DNA of 64,000 nt from Myxococcota bacterium. Its GTDB lineage: Bacteria; Myxococcota_A; UBA9160; UBA6930. Position 1 is the stretch's first letter, and each line of letters begins with the position of its first letter. Made by a program: the position numbers and the translations under genes. The notes below the pieces were generated by a model that ran no database searches, had not been told where the DNA came from, and saw only the letters and a list, made by a program, of their open reading frames with translations. The stretch spans positions 5,312,001 to 5,376,000 of the forward strand of contig OZ245002.1 in assembly GCA_965223415.1 (NCBI GenBank), in the 5' to 3' direction. Positions 46,185 through 55,772 of the stretch are shown in pieces.

Positions 46185-47345
46185 TCAATCGGACGTGAGG
46201 GTCGCGACCAGCCGCATCTCGACGGACTTGCGAATCACCCCGTCCATGGCTGCTCGAGCGCGGGAGCGCCAGGCCTCGCCCGCGACGCAGAGCTCGGCGG
46301 CCCGCGTTCCGGCCTCGTCCAGCAGTGCCACCATGCGCTGCCAGGCCCGGCGCACCGCGCGGCTCGTGAGGTCGGGGAGCGCGGGCGGCGGGGCCGAAGC
46401 GGCCCCACGCAGCGCATCCTCGTCGCCGGCCGCAAGGGCCTCACGGGCGCGGCCCAGGTCCAGGTAGAGCCGCTCGAGCGCCTCCTCCCCGGGCAGGACG
46501 CAGGCACCGTGCGGCTCGCCGAGGGTATCGAACACCCAGCCCTGGTCCGGCCCCATCTCGGAGCGGAAGTACCACTCCTGCGCCGGGTCCGGGAGGAAGG
46601 TCCAGATATCGTTGACCCTGCGCTCCTCGTCGCGATCCAGGAAGCGGGTCACCGGGAGGCCGTAGCGAAGCTGGTGGCGCTTCGCGTCCAGCGTGCGGCG
46701 GTCCATCAGCACCAGGGGACGGGTGACCTGCTGGATCGGAATCCACAGGTTCAGCAGGAAGAGCGAGGAATCGTCGTTGCGGCCGTCGGGCGTCCGGTGC
46801 CGGAACAGCTGGGGCGCCTCGCCGTTCATCATCTGCCGCAGCGGGGTCCCGAACACGTCCTGGTCGGCGTGGATCCCCCGCGCGCCGTCGTGGCCGTTCG
46901 CGCCGTCCATGCCGCCCGGGTTCACGTCGAGCCCGTTCGGGCCCGCCCGCCGGTGGATCAGGCCCTCCTCCGCGACGTGCTGGACCTGTAGCTCCCTTCC
47001 GTTGGCCAGATGGAACCGCGCCCCGTTCAGGCCCTGGCGCAGCGCGGCGGCGGTGGCGTCCGAGATCCGATCCTTCTCCCGCACGACCGCCAGCGCCTGC
47101 TGCAGCCGCGGGTTGCCCGACAGATCGATGGCCTCGAAGCCCGCCTCTTCCAGACCAGGCTCGCGCGTACCGGGAGCCGTGCCATCGCGTAGGGCGCACG
47201 ACCGGAAGTCGAACGCCTCGTGCAGGTCGATGCCGAAGGGAAGCGTTCGGGCCCGCAGCAGGCCCGGGCGCTCGGCGTCCGGCGAGACGTTCTCGGCCCG
47301 GGTGAACCCGAGCGGGACAAGCAGCTGGGGCGGGGATGGCTCCAT
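46185..47345 (-). CDS. CmcJ/NvfI/AsaB-like oxidoreductase (putative non-heme Fe enzyme)
   Basis: IHADQD, LNLWIP, PLVLMD, WYFRSEM, PHGA and RKSVEMRL follow the remembered family pattern. Confidence 0.55.
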   Translation of the reverse strand: MEPSPPQLLVPLGFTRAENVSPDAERPGLLRARTLPFGIDLHEAFDFRSCALRDGTAPGTREPGLEEAGFEAIDLSGNPRLQQALAVVREKDRISDATAAALRQGLNGARFHLANGRELQVQHVAEEGLIHRRAGPNGLDVNPGGMDGANGHDGARGIHADQDVFGTPLRQMMNGEAPQLFRHRTPDGRNDDSSLFLLNLWIPIQQVTRPLVLMDRRTLDAKRHQLRYGLPVTRFLDRDEERRVNDIWTFLPDPAQEWYFRSEMGPDQGWVFDTLGEPHGACVLPGEEALERLYLDLGRAREALAAGDEDALRGAASAPPPALPDLTSRAVRRAWQRMVALLDEAGTRAAELCVAGEAWRSRARAAMDGVIRKSVEMRLVATLTSD

Positions 47346-47374
47346 GCCTCGATGCTACCGCGCCAGGCGCCGCG

Positions 47375-47560
47375 GGCCGAGGTAGCGGCGAGCGTCGCTA
47401 CCCGGCGACCCACGGTGTCGGCGACCGCCAGCAACAGCCCTCCCGGCCGAGAGCTCGAGCAGCTCCTCGGCCGCCTTCAGGAGCTCGTCATCGAAGACGG
47501 CGGGGGGGCAGATCGATCAGCGCGGCGAGCTCGACGGCCAGCACGGCGGTGCGAGGTGTC
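47375..47560 (-). pseudogene. Possible decayed gene remnant
   Basis: Coding-like peptides AVLAVELAALIDLPP / AVFDDELLKAAEELLELS / LLLAVADTVGRRV appear in successive frames; the first shift is at a G7 run (47502-47508). Confidence 0.3.
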
Positions 47561-47610
47561 GGCCTCCGGTGAGCGGGGTTCAGGGGAATCCCTACCATCA
47601 CCGCGACGGC

Positions 47611-48195
47611 ATGTCGAATCGATCCCGCGCCGCGCGCACGGACCGCGCGCTCTCCGGTGGCACGGTCATCTGGCTCTTCGTCGCCATCGAGCTCCTGACC
47701 TTCGGCCTCTTCTTCGTCGGCTTCGCGGCGGCACGGCGCGCGGACCCAGAGCCCTTCCTGGCGGGCCAGGCCCAGCTCCACCCCCTGCTGGGTGCCGTCA
47801 ACACCGGCGTTCTCCTCTGTGGCGGCTGGTGCGCGGCTCGCGGCGTCCTGGCGAATCGCTCGAACGAGCCCCGCGCCGCGGCTGGCTACCTCGCGGGCGC
47901 AGCGGCCACCGGCCTGGTCTTCATGGCCATCAAGCTCCACGAGTATGCGGACGTCTTCGCTGCGGGCGTCTCGCTCTCCACGAACACCTTCTGGTTCTTC
48001 TACCTGTTCGTCACCGGTCTCCACTTCCTCCATGTGCTGGCCGGTGTCGGTTTCCTCGTGCCAACGGCAGTCCGCGCAGCGCGCGGCGCCTACGGCCCGG
48101 AGGCCCCCTTCACGGTCGAGGCCGTGGCCGTCTTCTGGCACCTGGTCGACCTCCTCTGGATCGTCCTCTTCCCCCTCCTCTACCTGGCGAGGTGA
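47611..48195 (+). CDS. Cytochrome c oxidase subunit III family protein (NorE-like)
   Basis: WLFVAIELLTFGLFF, NTGVLL, KLHEY, FYLFVTGLHFLHV and FWHLVDLLWIVLFPLLYL; an alternative GTG start lies at 47569. Confidence 0.88.
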   Translation: MSNRSRAARTDRALSGGTVIWLFVAIELLTFGLFFVGFAAARRADPEPFLAGQAQLHPLLGAVNTGVLLCGGWCAARGVLANRSNEPRAAAGYLAGAAATGLVFMAIKLHEYADVFAAGVSLSTNTFWFFYLFVTGLHFLHVLAGVGFLVPTAVRAARGAYGPEAPFTVEAVAVFWHLVDLLWIVLFPLLYLAR

Positions 48196-48476
48196 CCGTG
48201 ACGTCCCGACCGCATTCCCGGCGCGAGGCCCGGCTCCTGCTGGCCATCTGGCTCCTCCTGCTCGCCCTGACCACGGGGAGCTTCTGGATCGCCGACCTTC
48301 GGGTCGCGCCGGGCGCCGCGACCGCCGGCCTGGTGCTCGCGATCGCCACGCTGAAGGCGCATCTCGTGGCCGGTGTCTTCATGGAGATGCTCCGCGGGCC
48401 GCGCGCCTGGGCCGCGGTGATGAGCGGCTTCCTGGTCGCCCAGGCGGCACTGCTCGTGGCGCTCTTCTCGGCGTAG
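48192..48476 (+). CDS. Cytochrome c oxidase subunit IV family small membrane protein (NorF-like)
   Basis: C-terminal part of ORF 47220..48476: IWLLLLALT...IATLKAHLV..VFMEM; three TM helices; GTGA overlap with the subunit III stop. Confidence 0.75.
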   Translation: MTVTSRPHSRREARLLLAIWLLLLALTTGSFWIADLRVAPGAATAGLVLAIATLKAHLVAGVFMEMLRGPRAWAAVMSGFLVAQAALLVALFSA

Positions 48477-48482
48477 CCGGAG

Positions 48483-50051
48483 CTACTGCGGCTCGATGTA
48501 GTTGAGCGCCAGCGCCGCGCGCTTGTCGAGACTGTTGATGAACGGAAGCGCCTCCTCGCGGATCATGTGCCGTAGCCTCGGCGTCATCCAGGCCAGGTGC
48601 CGACGCTCCTCCGGGCCCGCCCCGCGCAGGCGGTAGAGCAGGTTGGCCATCAGCTGCTCCCGGACACCGTCGAAGTTCACCTCGGACATCATCTCGTCGA
48701 AGACGCCCTCTCCGCTCTCGCCCGAGAAGATCTGACGGACGATCTCGCCCTTGTCGACGTCCCAGGTCTCGCCGAGGTCGAAGAGGAACGAGCAGTGCTG
48801 ACGCAGCCCCTCGAACACGGCGTGGTCGTTCAGCAGCTGACGGAGGCCGAGCTGGAGCGCGGGACGCAGGAGCGGCGGAACCAGGTCGGCCACGTCGAAG
48901 GGGTTCTTCGAGCCGACCTCGAGGTTGTGCATGTTCTTGAAATCGCCCACCGGCAGGCGGGTCCCGTCGAGGGGAACGACGCCGTCCTCGGGATTCCCGA
49001 TCGAGATCGCCGAGCAGTCGAAGGGAATGAACGCTCCGCGCAGGGTCTTCAGGAACGGGCTGCCGTGGAGCATCTGCTCCACACCGGGGATCCAGGTCTG
49101 CACGGCGCAGCGGACACCGCCCCAACGGAGAGCCTTGTAGAGCCCACCGTCGCGCTCGGAGGGACCCCGGTCGATGCCGTCAAAGGGAGCGCCGAGTCCG
49201 ATGGCCAGGGCCACGGGGCTGTAGCGATGCACGCGGCCACTGCGGGGCGAGTAGAGGAAGCGCCGCGAGTCCTTCACGCGGACCTGCCGCATTCCCAGCT
49301 GCATCGCGCGGAGGGCAACGAGCCCGCCCTGGCTGTGACCGATCAGGAACATCCGCGGCGCGAACGCATCGAAGACGCGATTGATGATCTTCAGCGCTGT
49401 GTCGTCTGCGACCGGGGCACGAGCACCCTCCTCGTCCACCGCGTGGTCCGGAAGGAAGGATGCGAACTCGGCGCGGAAGCGACCTTCGACGTCGACGAAG
49501 TGGGCCGCCGTGGAAGAGGCCTGCAGCCAGGCGAGCGGGGCTTCGGGGATCGCCGCGCCCTCTTCGGCGAGCCGCTCGAGGAAGCGGGTCTCGGCCATCC
49601 GGACCGCGACCTGCTGGGCGGTCGCCGAATCGTCGAAGTAGAAGATCTCCCGGATCACGTGGGGCCGGTCCTGGTCGCGCCGGGCGGAGCTGGCCAGGTG
49701 GTCGACGAGCTGCTCGATCGCGTGCTTGAACTTGACCGCTCGCGTGACGTGGACCTCTTCGAGCTTGCGCCGCGAGTTCTCCTCCAGGTCCTGGGCCGTC
49801 ATGACGCCCAGGTTGGTGCGATTGGCGACCCGGCGGACCTTCTGCTCGCTCTCGAGGTGGTCCGTCAAGCCCTGGCCGGTGGAGGCGGGGCCGAAGGTGC
49901 CCGCGATGAACTCGACGAGGTAGTTCTTCGGCAGGATCGACGGCCGGGGCGGCTCCTCGGCCCGCACGCCCTGGCGTCCGCCGTTCGGCCCACTTCCGGA
50001 GTGCGAGGCCCGGGCACGATCGGCGGCCTCTCGACGGGGAGCTTTGGTCAT
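48483..50051 (-). CDS. Hypothetical protein with lipase-type alpha/beta hydrolase core
   Basis: GHSQGG nucleophile elbow, LGAPFDG, DGVVP and a candidate catalytic His (QH); start uncertain. Confidence 0.7.
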   Translation of the reverse strand: MTKAPRREAADRARASHSGSGPNGGRQGVRAEEPPRPSILPKNYLVEFIAGTFGPASTGQGLTDHLESEQKVRRVANRTNLGVMTAQDLEENSRRKLEEVHVTRAVKFKHAIEQLVDHLASSARRDQDRPHVIREIFYFDDSATAQQVAVRMAETRFLERLAEEGAAIPEAPLAWLQASSTAAHFVDVEGRFRAEFASFLPDHAVDEEGARAPVADDTALKIINRVFDAFAPRMFLIGHSQGGLVALRAMQLGMRQVRVKDSRRFLYSPRSGRVHRYSPVALAIGLGAPFDGIDRGPSERDGGLYKALRWGGVRCAVQTWIPGVEQMLHGSPFLKTLRGAFIPFDCSAISIGNPEDGVVPLDGTRLPVGDFKNMHNLEVGSKNPFDVADLVPPLLRPALQLGLRQLLNDHAVFEGLRQHCSFLFDLGETWDVDKGEIVRQIFSGESGEGVFDEMMSEVNFDGVREQLMANLLYRLRGAGPEERRHLAWMTPRLRHMIREEALPFINSLDKRAALALNYIEPQ

Positions 50052-50178
50052 CGGGAGCTTCCGGGAGGGAAAGGTCCGCTTCTTCGCGGGTCTTCGCAAG
50101 CCTGGCCACGCGGGGCGGGGCGGCGGCGGGGGCAGGTCGCCGGTGGCTGGCGCCGGCAGAGCTCCCGGGCCGGCTTCG

Positions 50179-51066
50179 TCATCGGCGCCCCCGGTCCGGC
50201 CCCGGGTCCCCTGGCTCCGCCTGCGGCGCCACCGCTTCCTGCGGATACAGGAGCGTGTTGAGCGCGCTGTCCGCGCGCTCTCCGACGTCGCGTCCGCCCA
50301 GGTAGTTCACCGCGTCGGACCTCCGGTACTCGTTCACGAGGGGCGCCACGCGCGTGCCGTCCGGGTACATCGTGACCACCACGGCCTCGCGCATGCGGTC
50401 CGAGCGGTTCGCCGCCGCGCCGTGGATGATCCATCCGTTGTGGACGCAGAGGTCCCCGGCGCCCACCGCGGGCAACTGCACGGCCTCGAGCCCGTTCTCC
50501 GCGATGACGGAATCGAAGAAGGCCTCGGACGCCTCGTCGATGGAGTGCTGACCCAGGTCGCCGAGTCGGTGGGAGCCCCGGGCATAGCGCAGCGCTCCCA
50601 TCTCCTCCGACACGTCGGTCAGCGGCATCCACGTCCCGAGCGACCGATCCGTCTCGAGTGGCCAGAAGTACATATCCTGATGCCAGAAGGAGGCGTCGGC
50701 CCCGGGCGGCTTGAAGAGCACCTGCTCGTGGTAGATCCGCACGGCGGCCGCGCCGCTCAGGCGGGCGCCGATGCTGCCCAGGCGAGGGCAGAGGCAGTAG
50801 GCCTTCAGCACGTCCGAGTCGAAGCGCAGATTGAGACGCTGGTGGAAGGCGCCGCCGAACGTCATCGGCATGCCGTCCTCGGTCAGGAGCCGCATGGCCT
50901 CCTCGCGGATCGCGGGGGCGTAGGCCGCGACTTCCGACGGCGAGAGGACGTTCTCGAGCACGACGAAGCCCTCCTCCCGGTAGCGCGCCACCTGCTCGTC
51001 GCGGATCGGGTACGGATCCGAGAGGTCGGGGAGGCCCAGGGCCTGGCAGAGCGCGGCGTGGTTCAT
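50179..51066 (-). CDS. Phytanoyl-CoA dioxygenase (PhyH) family Fe/2OG oxygenase
   Basis: From ATG 51066: EEGFVVLENVLS, FKPPG, WHQD, MGALRYARGSH and HGAAANRSDRMR. Confidence 0.9.
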   Translation of the reverse strand: MNHAALCQALGLPDLSDPYPIRDEQVARYREEGFVVLENVLSPSEVAAYAPAIREEAMRLLTEDGMPMTFGGAFHQRLNLRFDSDVLKAYCLCPRLGSIGARLSGAAAVRIYHEQVLFKPPGADASFWHQDMYFWPLETDRSLGTWMPLTDVSEEMGALRYARGSHRLGDLGQHSIDEASEAFFDSVIAENGLEAVQLPAVGAGDLCVHNGWIIHGAAANRSDRMREAVVVTMYPDGTRVAPLVNEYRRSDAVNYLGGRDVGERADSALNTLLYPQEAVAPQAEPGDPGPDRGRR

Positions 51067-51194
51067 GTCGGATCTCCGAATGGGGTGGGCCGGGATTCGC
51101 GCGGCGGGCGACGGCATCCGCTTCCGTGGCTCCTGCGTCGGACCGCGCCGGCACGTCCGCGCCGATGCGACCGGGCCCGGCCGGAGGAGTGACG

Positions 51195-52073
51195 ATGGCC
51201 AGCCCCGAGCTCGAGAAGTTCCTCTCGAGGTTCCCCCAATCGATGATGGACGCGGCGGATCCGCTCGAGACCGTCATCGCGAAGATGAAGGCGATCCATC
51301 CCCGCGGCCATCGCGAAACGAGCACGGTCGAGCACCTGGAGCTCGCAGGGGTTCCGAGCGCGTGGGTGTCGACCCCGGAGTCCGACCCCGGACGCACGGT
51401 CTTCTTCGTCCACGGCGGAGCCTTCGTCTCCACCGGCCTGGACGAGTACTACTCCTATGCCGAGAGCGTCGCGAGCTTCTGCAACGCCCGGGTCCTGGTG
51501 TTCGCCTATACCCTCGCGCCTGGGATGCAGTTCCCGGGCCAGCTCGACCAGACGGTGGCAGTCTGGCGCGCGGCGGGGATGGACCCGAAGCGAAGTGCCT
51601 TCATGGGGGACTCTTGCGGCGGCGGGATCGCGCTGGCCGCGCTGTGTCGCCTCCGCGACGACGGGAGTGCCCTGCCCGCCTGCTACGCCGGGCTGACGCC
51701 GTGGCTCGACGGCCAGCAGCAAGGCGACGCGGCCTGCCATCCGCGCGGCGTCGACCCCTTCGTGAACGCGCCCTGGATCCGGGCTCGTTTCCGCGACTAC
51801 GCGGGCGATCACCCGCTCGACGATCCGAGGCTCTCGCCGGTCCACGCCGACCTGCGCGGCCTGCCCCCCCTTTACCTCGGCGTCGGTCACGTCGACACGG
51901 TCTGCGACGACGCGACCCGGCTCGCGGCTCGGGCGGGACAGGCGGGTGTCGAGGTCCTGCTCGATCTGTGCGCCGACGGGATCCACGGCATTCACGGTCT
52001 CGCCGGGATGTGCCCCGAGGCGACAGCGGCGATGGTGCGCGTCGGCGAGTTCGTGCGCCGCTACGCGCCCTGA
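51195..52073 (+). CDS. Alpha/beta hydrolase, HSL family esterase
   Basis: HGGAF, YTLAP, GDSCGG, LSPVHADLRGLPP and HG; GGAGGAG RBS. Confidence 0.9.
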   Translation: MASPELEKFLSRFPQSMMDAADPLETVIAKMKAIHPRGHRETSTVEHLELAGVPSAWVSTPESDPGRTVFFVHGGAFVSTGLDEYYSYAESVASFCNARVLVFAYTLAPGMQFPGQLDQTVAVWRAAGMDPKRSAFMGDSCGGGIALAALCRLRDDGSALPACYAGLTPWLDGQQQGDAACHPRGVDPFVNAPWIRARFRDYAGDHPLDDPRLSPVHADLRGLPPLYLGVGHVDTVCDDATRLAARAGQAGVEVLLDLCADGIHGIHGLAGMCPEATAAMVRVGEFVRRYAP

Positions 52074-52121
52074 GGACGCGATGCGCGGTGCCCTGCGCGC
52101 CTCGAGCCGCCCGTGCATCGC

Positions 52122-53180
52122 TCAGGCCCCCGTCATTCGACGAAGGGTCTCGGCCTCGGCCGGATCGAACGGCCGACCGTCCGCGCGCAGCAGGTCGTGA
52201 TGCCAGACCTCGGGCTCGGGTGTCCCCTCCCGGTCCTCCCAGCCGAAGATCGTCTGGGTGCGGCCGGACACGAGCCCCCAGCAGAAGCAGCCCACCCGCT
52301 GCTCGCGGAAGATCGGCAGGTGGGTCTCGAAGCGGCTTCCCCGCGAGCGCGCCATCCACTCCGTGCACAGGAGAGGCCGGCGATGCGCCTGCAGGGAGCG
52401 GATCCGCTCTTCGAGCTTCTCGGCGCTCGCGTACTGGTGGAACGAGACGACGTCCGACGCCTCGAGCTGGAAGCGATTGAGCCGCGGGTTCGGCGCCCAG
52501 AGGCCGGCCGTGAGCGGCTGCGCGGGGTCGACCGATCGCGCCCACCCGAAGGCCGCGCGCAGGAGCGCGAGGGACGGACTCGTCAGCACGAAGTGACGGA
52601 CGACACGCGAGATCGCTCCTGGCAGGCTCCGGCGGGTCGGCAGGGTCGCGAGGGGGAGGAACGCGTTCCCGGGCTCGTTGTAGAGGTCCCACACGCAGAC
52701 GCGTTCGTCCCGTCCGAACGCGTCCAGCACCTCCTTCACGTAGCGCTCCAGCCGCCCCCACTGGCCGGGGTCGCGGACCACGTGGTGACCCGGCGACTGG
52801 GCCCATCGCGAGTTGTGCACACCCAGGATCGGATCGGGCTGGGGGCCGGCCTGCGGCGGGAACCAGCAGTCGTCGAAGAGCACGAGCATCGTCCTGATTC
52901 CACGGTCCGAAGCCAACGAGAGGAAGCGATCGACCCGCTCCAGGAGCCCGCTCGCGTCCTGCTCCCAGACGAGGTCGTGGAGGAAGACCCGGACGCCATT
53001 GATGCCGAGCTCCGACGCCCAGCCGAGCTCCCGCCCGATGGTGTCGGGATCGAAGGTCTCGCCCTGCCACATCTCGAGCTGGTTCACGGCCGTGCTGGGA
53101 GTGAAGTTACAGCCGACCCACCAAGGCTGCTCGGCGGACCAGCGCGCGGCCCGGTCCTCGCTCCAGCGCGTCGCCATCAT
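52122..53180 (-). CDS. Clan GH-A glycoside hydrolase (GH5-like), no signal peptide
   Basis: NQLEMWQ, WDLYNEP (acid/base), SFHQY, CTEWMAR (nucleophile) and WGLVSGRTQT. Confidence 0.85.
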   Translation of the reverse strand: MMATRWSEDRAARWSAEQPWWVGCNFTPSTAVNQLEMWQGETFDPDTIGRELGWASELGINGVRVFLHDLVWEQDASGLLERVDRFLSLASDRGIRTMLVLFDDCWFPPQAGPQPDPILGVHNSRWAQSPGHHVVRDPGQWGRLERYVKEVLDAFGRDERVCVWDLYNEPGNAFLPLATLPTRRSLPGAISRVVRHFVLTSPSLALLRAAFGWARSVDPAQPLTAGLWAPNPRLNRFQLEASDVVSFHQYASAEKLEERIRSLQAHRRPLLCTEWMARSRGSRFETHLPIFREQRVGCFCWGLVSGRTQTIFGWEDREGTPEPEVWHHDLLRADGRPFDPAEAETLRRMTGA

Positions 53181-53204
53181 CGCGGCTCCCCTCGCGCGGT
53201 CGGC

Positions 53205-54599
53205 TCAGAAGACGCGGAAGCGCTTCTGGACGTGCCGTTGGCGCACGCGGATCGCCTCCCGTCGCTCGGCCGGCGTCACCCGCGGCTGGTCTCCGGGGAA
53301 TGCGTCCGTAATCTCGTCGAAGCGGAGCTTGCGCGCCGAGATACGCGGCCAGTCCTCCTTCGCGGGGAGCTCCGCGTAGGCCCAGCGATGGGAGAGGAAG
53401 CCCCGCGGCACCCCGGTCGTATCGATCCAGTTCTGGACGCCCGGGTCGCGGTGAGCGACGACCCACCGCTGCACCCGATCCGCGCCCATGTACATCTGAT
53501 GGCGGTTCAGGCTGCTCTGGTGGTTGGCGTAGTCGGGCGACTCCCCCCAGAGGGTGCCGAGGTGCATGCTCGTGTAGACGGGGTCGCCGGTGAACGTCGC
53601 CTCGACGTAGAGGGCGTCGTCCTCCGCCAGGTCGTAGATGCCGCCGGCGTAGATGTTCGTGCTCATGCCGCCACCGGTATCGCTCGAGGCCGCGTTGGGC
53701 TCGTTGTAGGCGTTCACGGGCATGAAGTACGGACGCCCATCGTGCTCGTGCGTCTGGTTGCAGTTGAGGACGACGTCGTAGAACTCGAGCCAGAAGCGCA
53801 TCTGGCCGCGGACGATGCCGCCCATGCGGCGCAGGTTGGCCGCCGCCTTTCCCGGCGTGAGCGCTACCGGCTGCCCTCCTGCGGTATCGAGACACTCGAT
53901 CGTGAGGTGGATGGGCTCCTCGTTCTCCCAGTCGTAGAAGAGCTGACGTCCGCTCACGTACTCGGCGTGGCGGTCGCCGCCGTCGGGGTTCCGTCGGCTC
54001 GGGGGCTTCTTCGTACGGATGAAGTTGCCCTCGTAGCCCGGCGGCGGCTCGGGCCCGAGCCGCAGCTCGAAGGATCCGTCGTCCTCGAGGCGCAGCGACG
54101 AGGAATCGATCGTGCCGAAGCCGGTCCGAAAGCCCGGCGTGAGCTCGCGCAGATCGCCGCTGTCGCCCGACATGGGGCCGGTGGCGACCTCGAAGATCAG
54201 ATACTGGGGAGCCGCCGGCTTCCCGGGAACACGCGCCTCGCCCCGCCAGTGGCGGAAGTCCTCGGCCCGTCCCGTCACCCGGTAGCTCTTCCGCCCGTCG
54301 ATGGGCGCGTAGAAGTACACGGCGTCGGAGTTCTCGATTGTCGACTTGTTGAAGATCGAGAGCGCATTGCGGAAGGCGGGGAAGTCCGGATCCTCGTGGA
54401 AGGCCCGCTCGATCCCGTGGTGGACGAAGCCCGCCAGGTAGCGGTAGCCCTCGGCGAGCACCCGCGGCGTCGGCGCCGGAGGGAAGTACTTCGGGTCGTC
54501 GATCGTGTCGCGGGCGTCCTGGAGATCGCGGATCAGCTCGTCGAAGGCGGCGCTCAGCTCGTCACGGGCCTCCCGGGTCTCGTCGTCGATCTCGCTCAT
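53205..54599 (-). CDS. DUF1214-containing protein (Rv3531c-like)
   Basis: From ATG 54599: AEGYRYL, ENSDAVY, DGSFELRL, RQLFYDW, ESPDYANHQSSLN and VVAHRDPGVQNWIDTTG. Confidence 0.8.
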   Translation of the reverse strand: MSEIDDETREARDELSAAFDELIRDLQDARDTIDDPKYFPPAPTPRVLAEGYRYLAGFVHHGIERAFHEDPDFPAFRNALSIFNKSTIENSDAVYFYAPIDGRKSYRVTGRAEDFRHWRGEARVPGKPAAPQYLIFEVATGPMSGDSGDLRELTPGFRTGFGTIDSSSLRLEDDGSFELRLGPEPPPGYEGNFIRTKKPPSRRNPDGGDRHAEYVSGRQLFYDWENEEPIHLTIECLDTAGGQPVALTPGKAAANLRRMGGIVRGQMRFWLEFYDVVLNCNQTHEHDGRPYFMPVNAYNEPNAASSDTGGGMSTNIYAGGIYDLAEDDALYVEATFTGDPVYTSMHLGTLWGESPDYANHQSSLNRHQMYMGADRVQRWVVAHRDPGVQNWIDTTGVPRGFLSHRWAYAELPAKEDWPRISARKLRFDEITDAFPGDQPRVTPAERREAIRVRQRHVQKRFRVF

Positions 54600-55768
54600 G
54601 TCGTACGCGCCTCCTCTCTCGGCCCGGCCGTCGCGGCGTCGTCCCATCCGAAGCGCTCGAACAGGTCACCGAACTCCTTGCGAATGAAGTCTTCCCCGAG
54701 GCCGAACTCCTCGAGGCTGTAGGAGTAGCTCGTGCGGTGCTTCGACTCCCGCGGGCTCTCGAGGGCGAGCTGCTCGCGGAAGGCGTCGGTCATCGGGAGC
54801 TCGAGCCGCCGATACACCTCCTGGATCGCGCGGGCCGGGTCCGCGGTCAGCTCGTCGTACTCGAGGATCGCGTAGCGCGTGTCCGGGCGGGACTCCAGGA
54901 CCTCGAGCGGATGGCGGTAGTTGTAGGTCGACTGACCGAGGAGCACGTCGAGGCTCTCCTGCTGCCTCCCGTCGTCCCACCCGAGGCGCCGCCACGCGGA
55001 GCGATTGAGCTTGAGGAGGCTCGGGATCGTGGCCCGGGGATCGCGCACGTTGACCACGAAGCGGGCGTCCGGAAACGCGTCGATCAGGGAGGCGATGCGT
55101 CCGGTCCAGTACGGGTTCTTGGAGAGGTGCTGGCGCTCGCTGCCGTTGAGGCAGAGCTGACGGCGCACGAGCTCGCGATAGAACGCGTTCAAGCGCTTCC
55201 GCTTCCGCTCGGGCCAGCGGTCCACGTAGTAGGAATCGAGCTCGCCCATCCCGGGGATGCGGGTCATCCAGAACCCGGACGCCATCGAGTAGAAGAGCGA
55301 GATGTCGTCCTCTTCGGGGAGGTCGAGCCCCATCGTGTGCATGTGACGCGCGGGCCCGTAGCGGCGCTCCTCGAAACGCCGGGCGAGCCCCTCGAGCCGG
55401 CTCCCGAGGAAGCGCCGATCCAGGGACCCCATCGCCCGAATCGCGCGCTTCTGGAGCAGCGAGGGGAAGTAGCACTCCCAGAGGAGGAAGTAGCTGAAGC
55501 GCGACTCGTCCTGGCTCATCAGCCGGAAGGTGAGAGTCGTGCCGGAGCGCGCGTGGCCCAGGATGAACACGGGCTCCCGGACCTCGGTGCGCCGCAGGGA
55601 CGGACACAGGACGGGATCGAGCGCGAAGCAGATGGCGTGGAAGGTCGACGCGATCGGCACTCCGACGAGGAGTGTCGCCAGGGAGCGGAGACGCGCCCGG
55701 ACCGATCGCTCGCTCCAGGCCAACCGGACCAGCCTGCGATAGTTGTCGAAGTCGAAGTGGAAGCGCAT
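54596..55768 (-). CDS. PAPS-dependent sulfotransferase family protein
   Basis: From ATG 55768: 5'-PSB PVFILGHARSGTT, LSKNP, FPDARFV, 3'-PB RDPRATIPS, YDELTADP and YSLEEFGL. Confidence 0.9.
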   Translation of the reverse strand: MRFHFDFDNYRRLVRLAWSERSVRARLRSLATLLVGVPIASTFHAICFALDPVLCPSLRRTEVREPVFILGHARSGTTLTFRLMSQDESRFSYFLLWECYFPSLLQKRAIRAMGSLDRRFLGSRLEGLARRFEERRYGPARHMHTMGLDLPEEDDISLFYSMASGFWMTRIPGMGELDSYYVDRWPERKRKRLNAFYRELVRRQLCLNGSERQHLSKNPYWTGRIASLIDAFPDARFVVNVRDPRATIPSLLKLNRSAWRRLGWDDGRQQESLDVLLGQSTYNYRHPLEVLESRPDTRYAILEYDELTADPARAIQEVYRRLELPMTDAFREQLALESPRESKHRTSYSYSLEEFGLGEDFIRKEFGDLFERFGWDDAATAGPREEARTT

Positions 55769-55772
55769 ACGC

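Noticed and set aside
50110..50132. G-rich run (GCGGGGCGGGGCGGCGGCGGGGG) as a possible G-quadruplex
   Set aside because: Only three solid G-tracts, and unremarkable at this GC content.
52078..52121. Imperfect 11-bp inverted repeat between convergent genes
   Set aside because: Long loop and no U-tract; at best an ordinary terminator-like structure.
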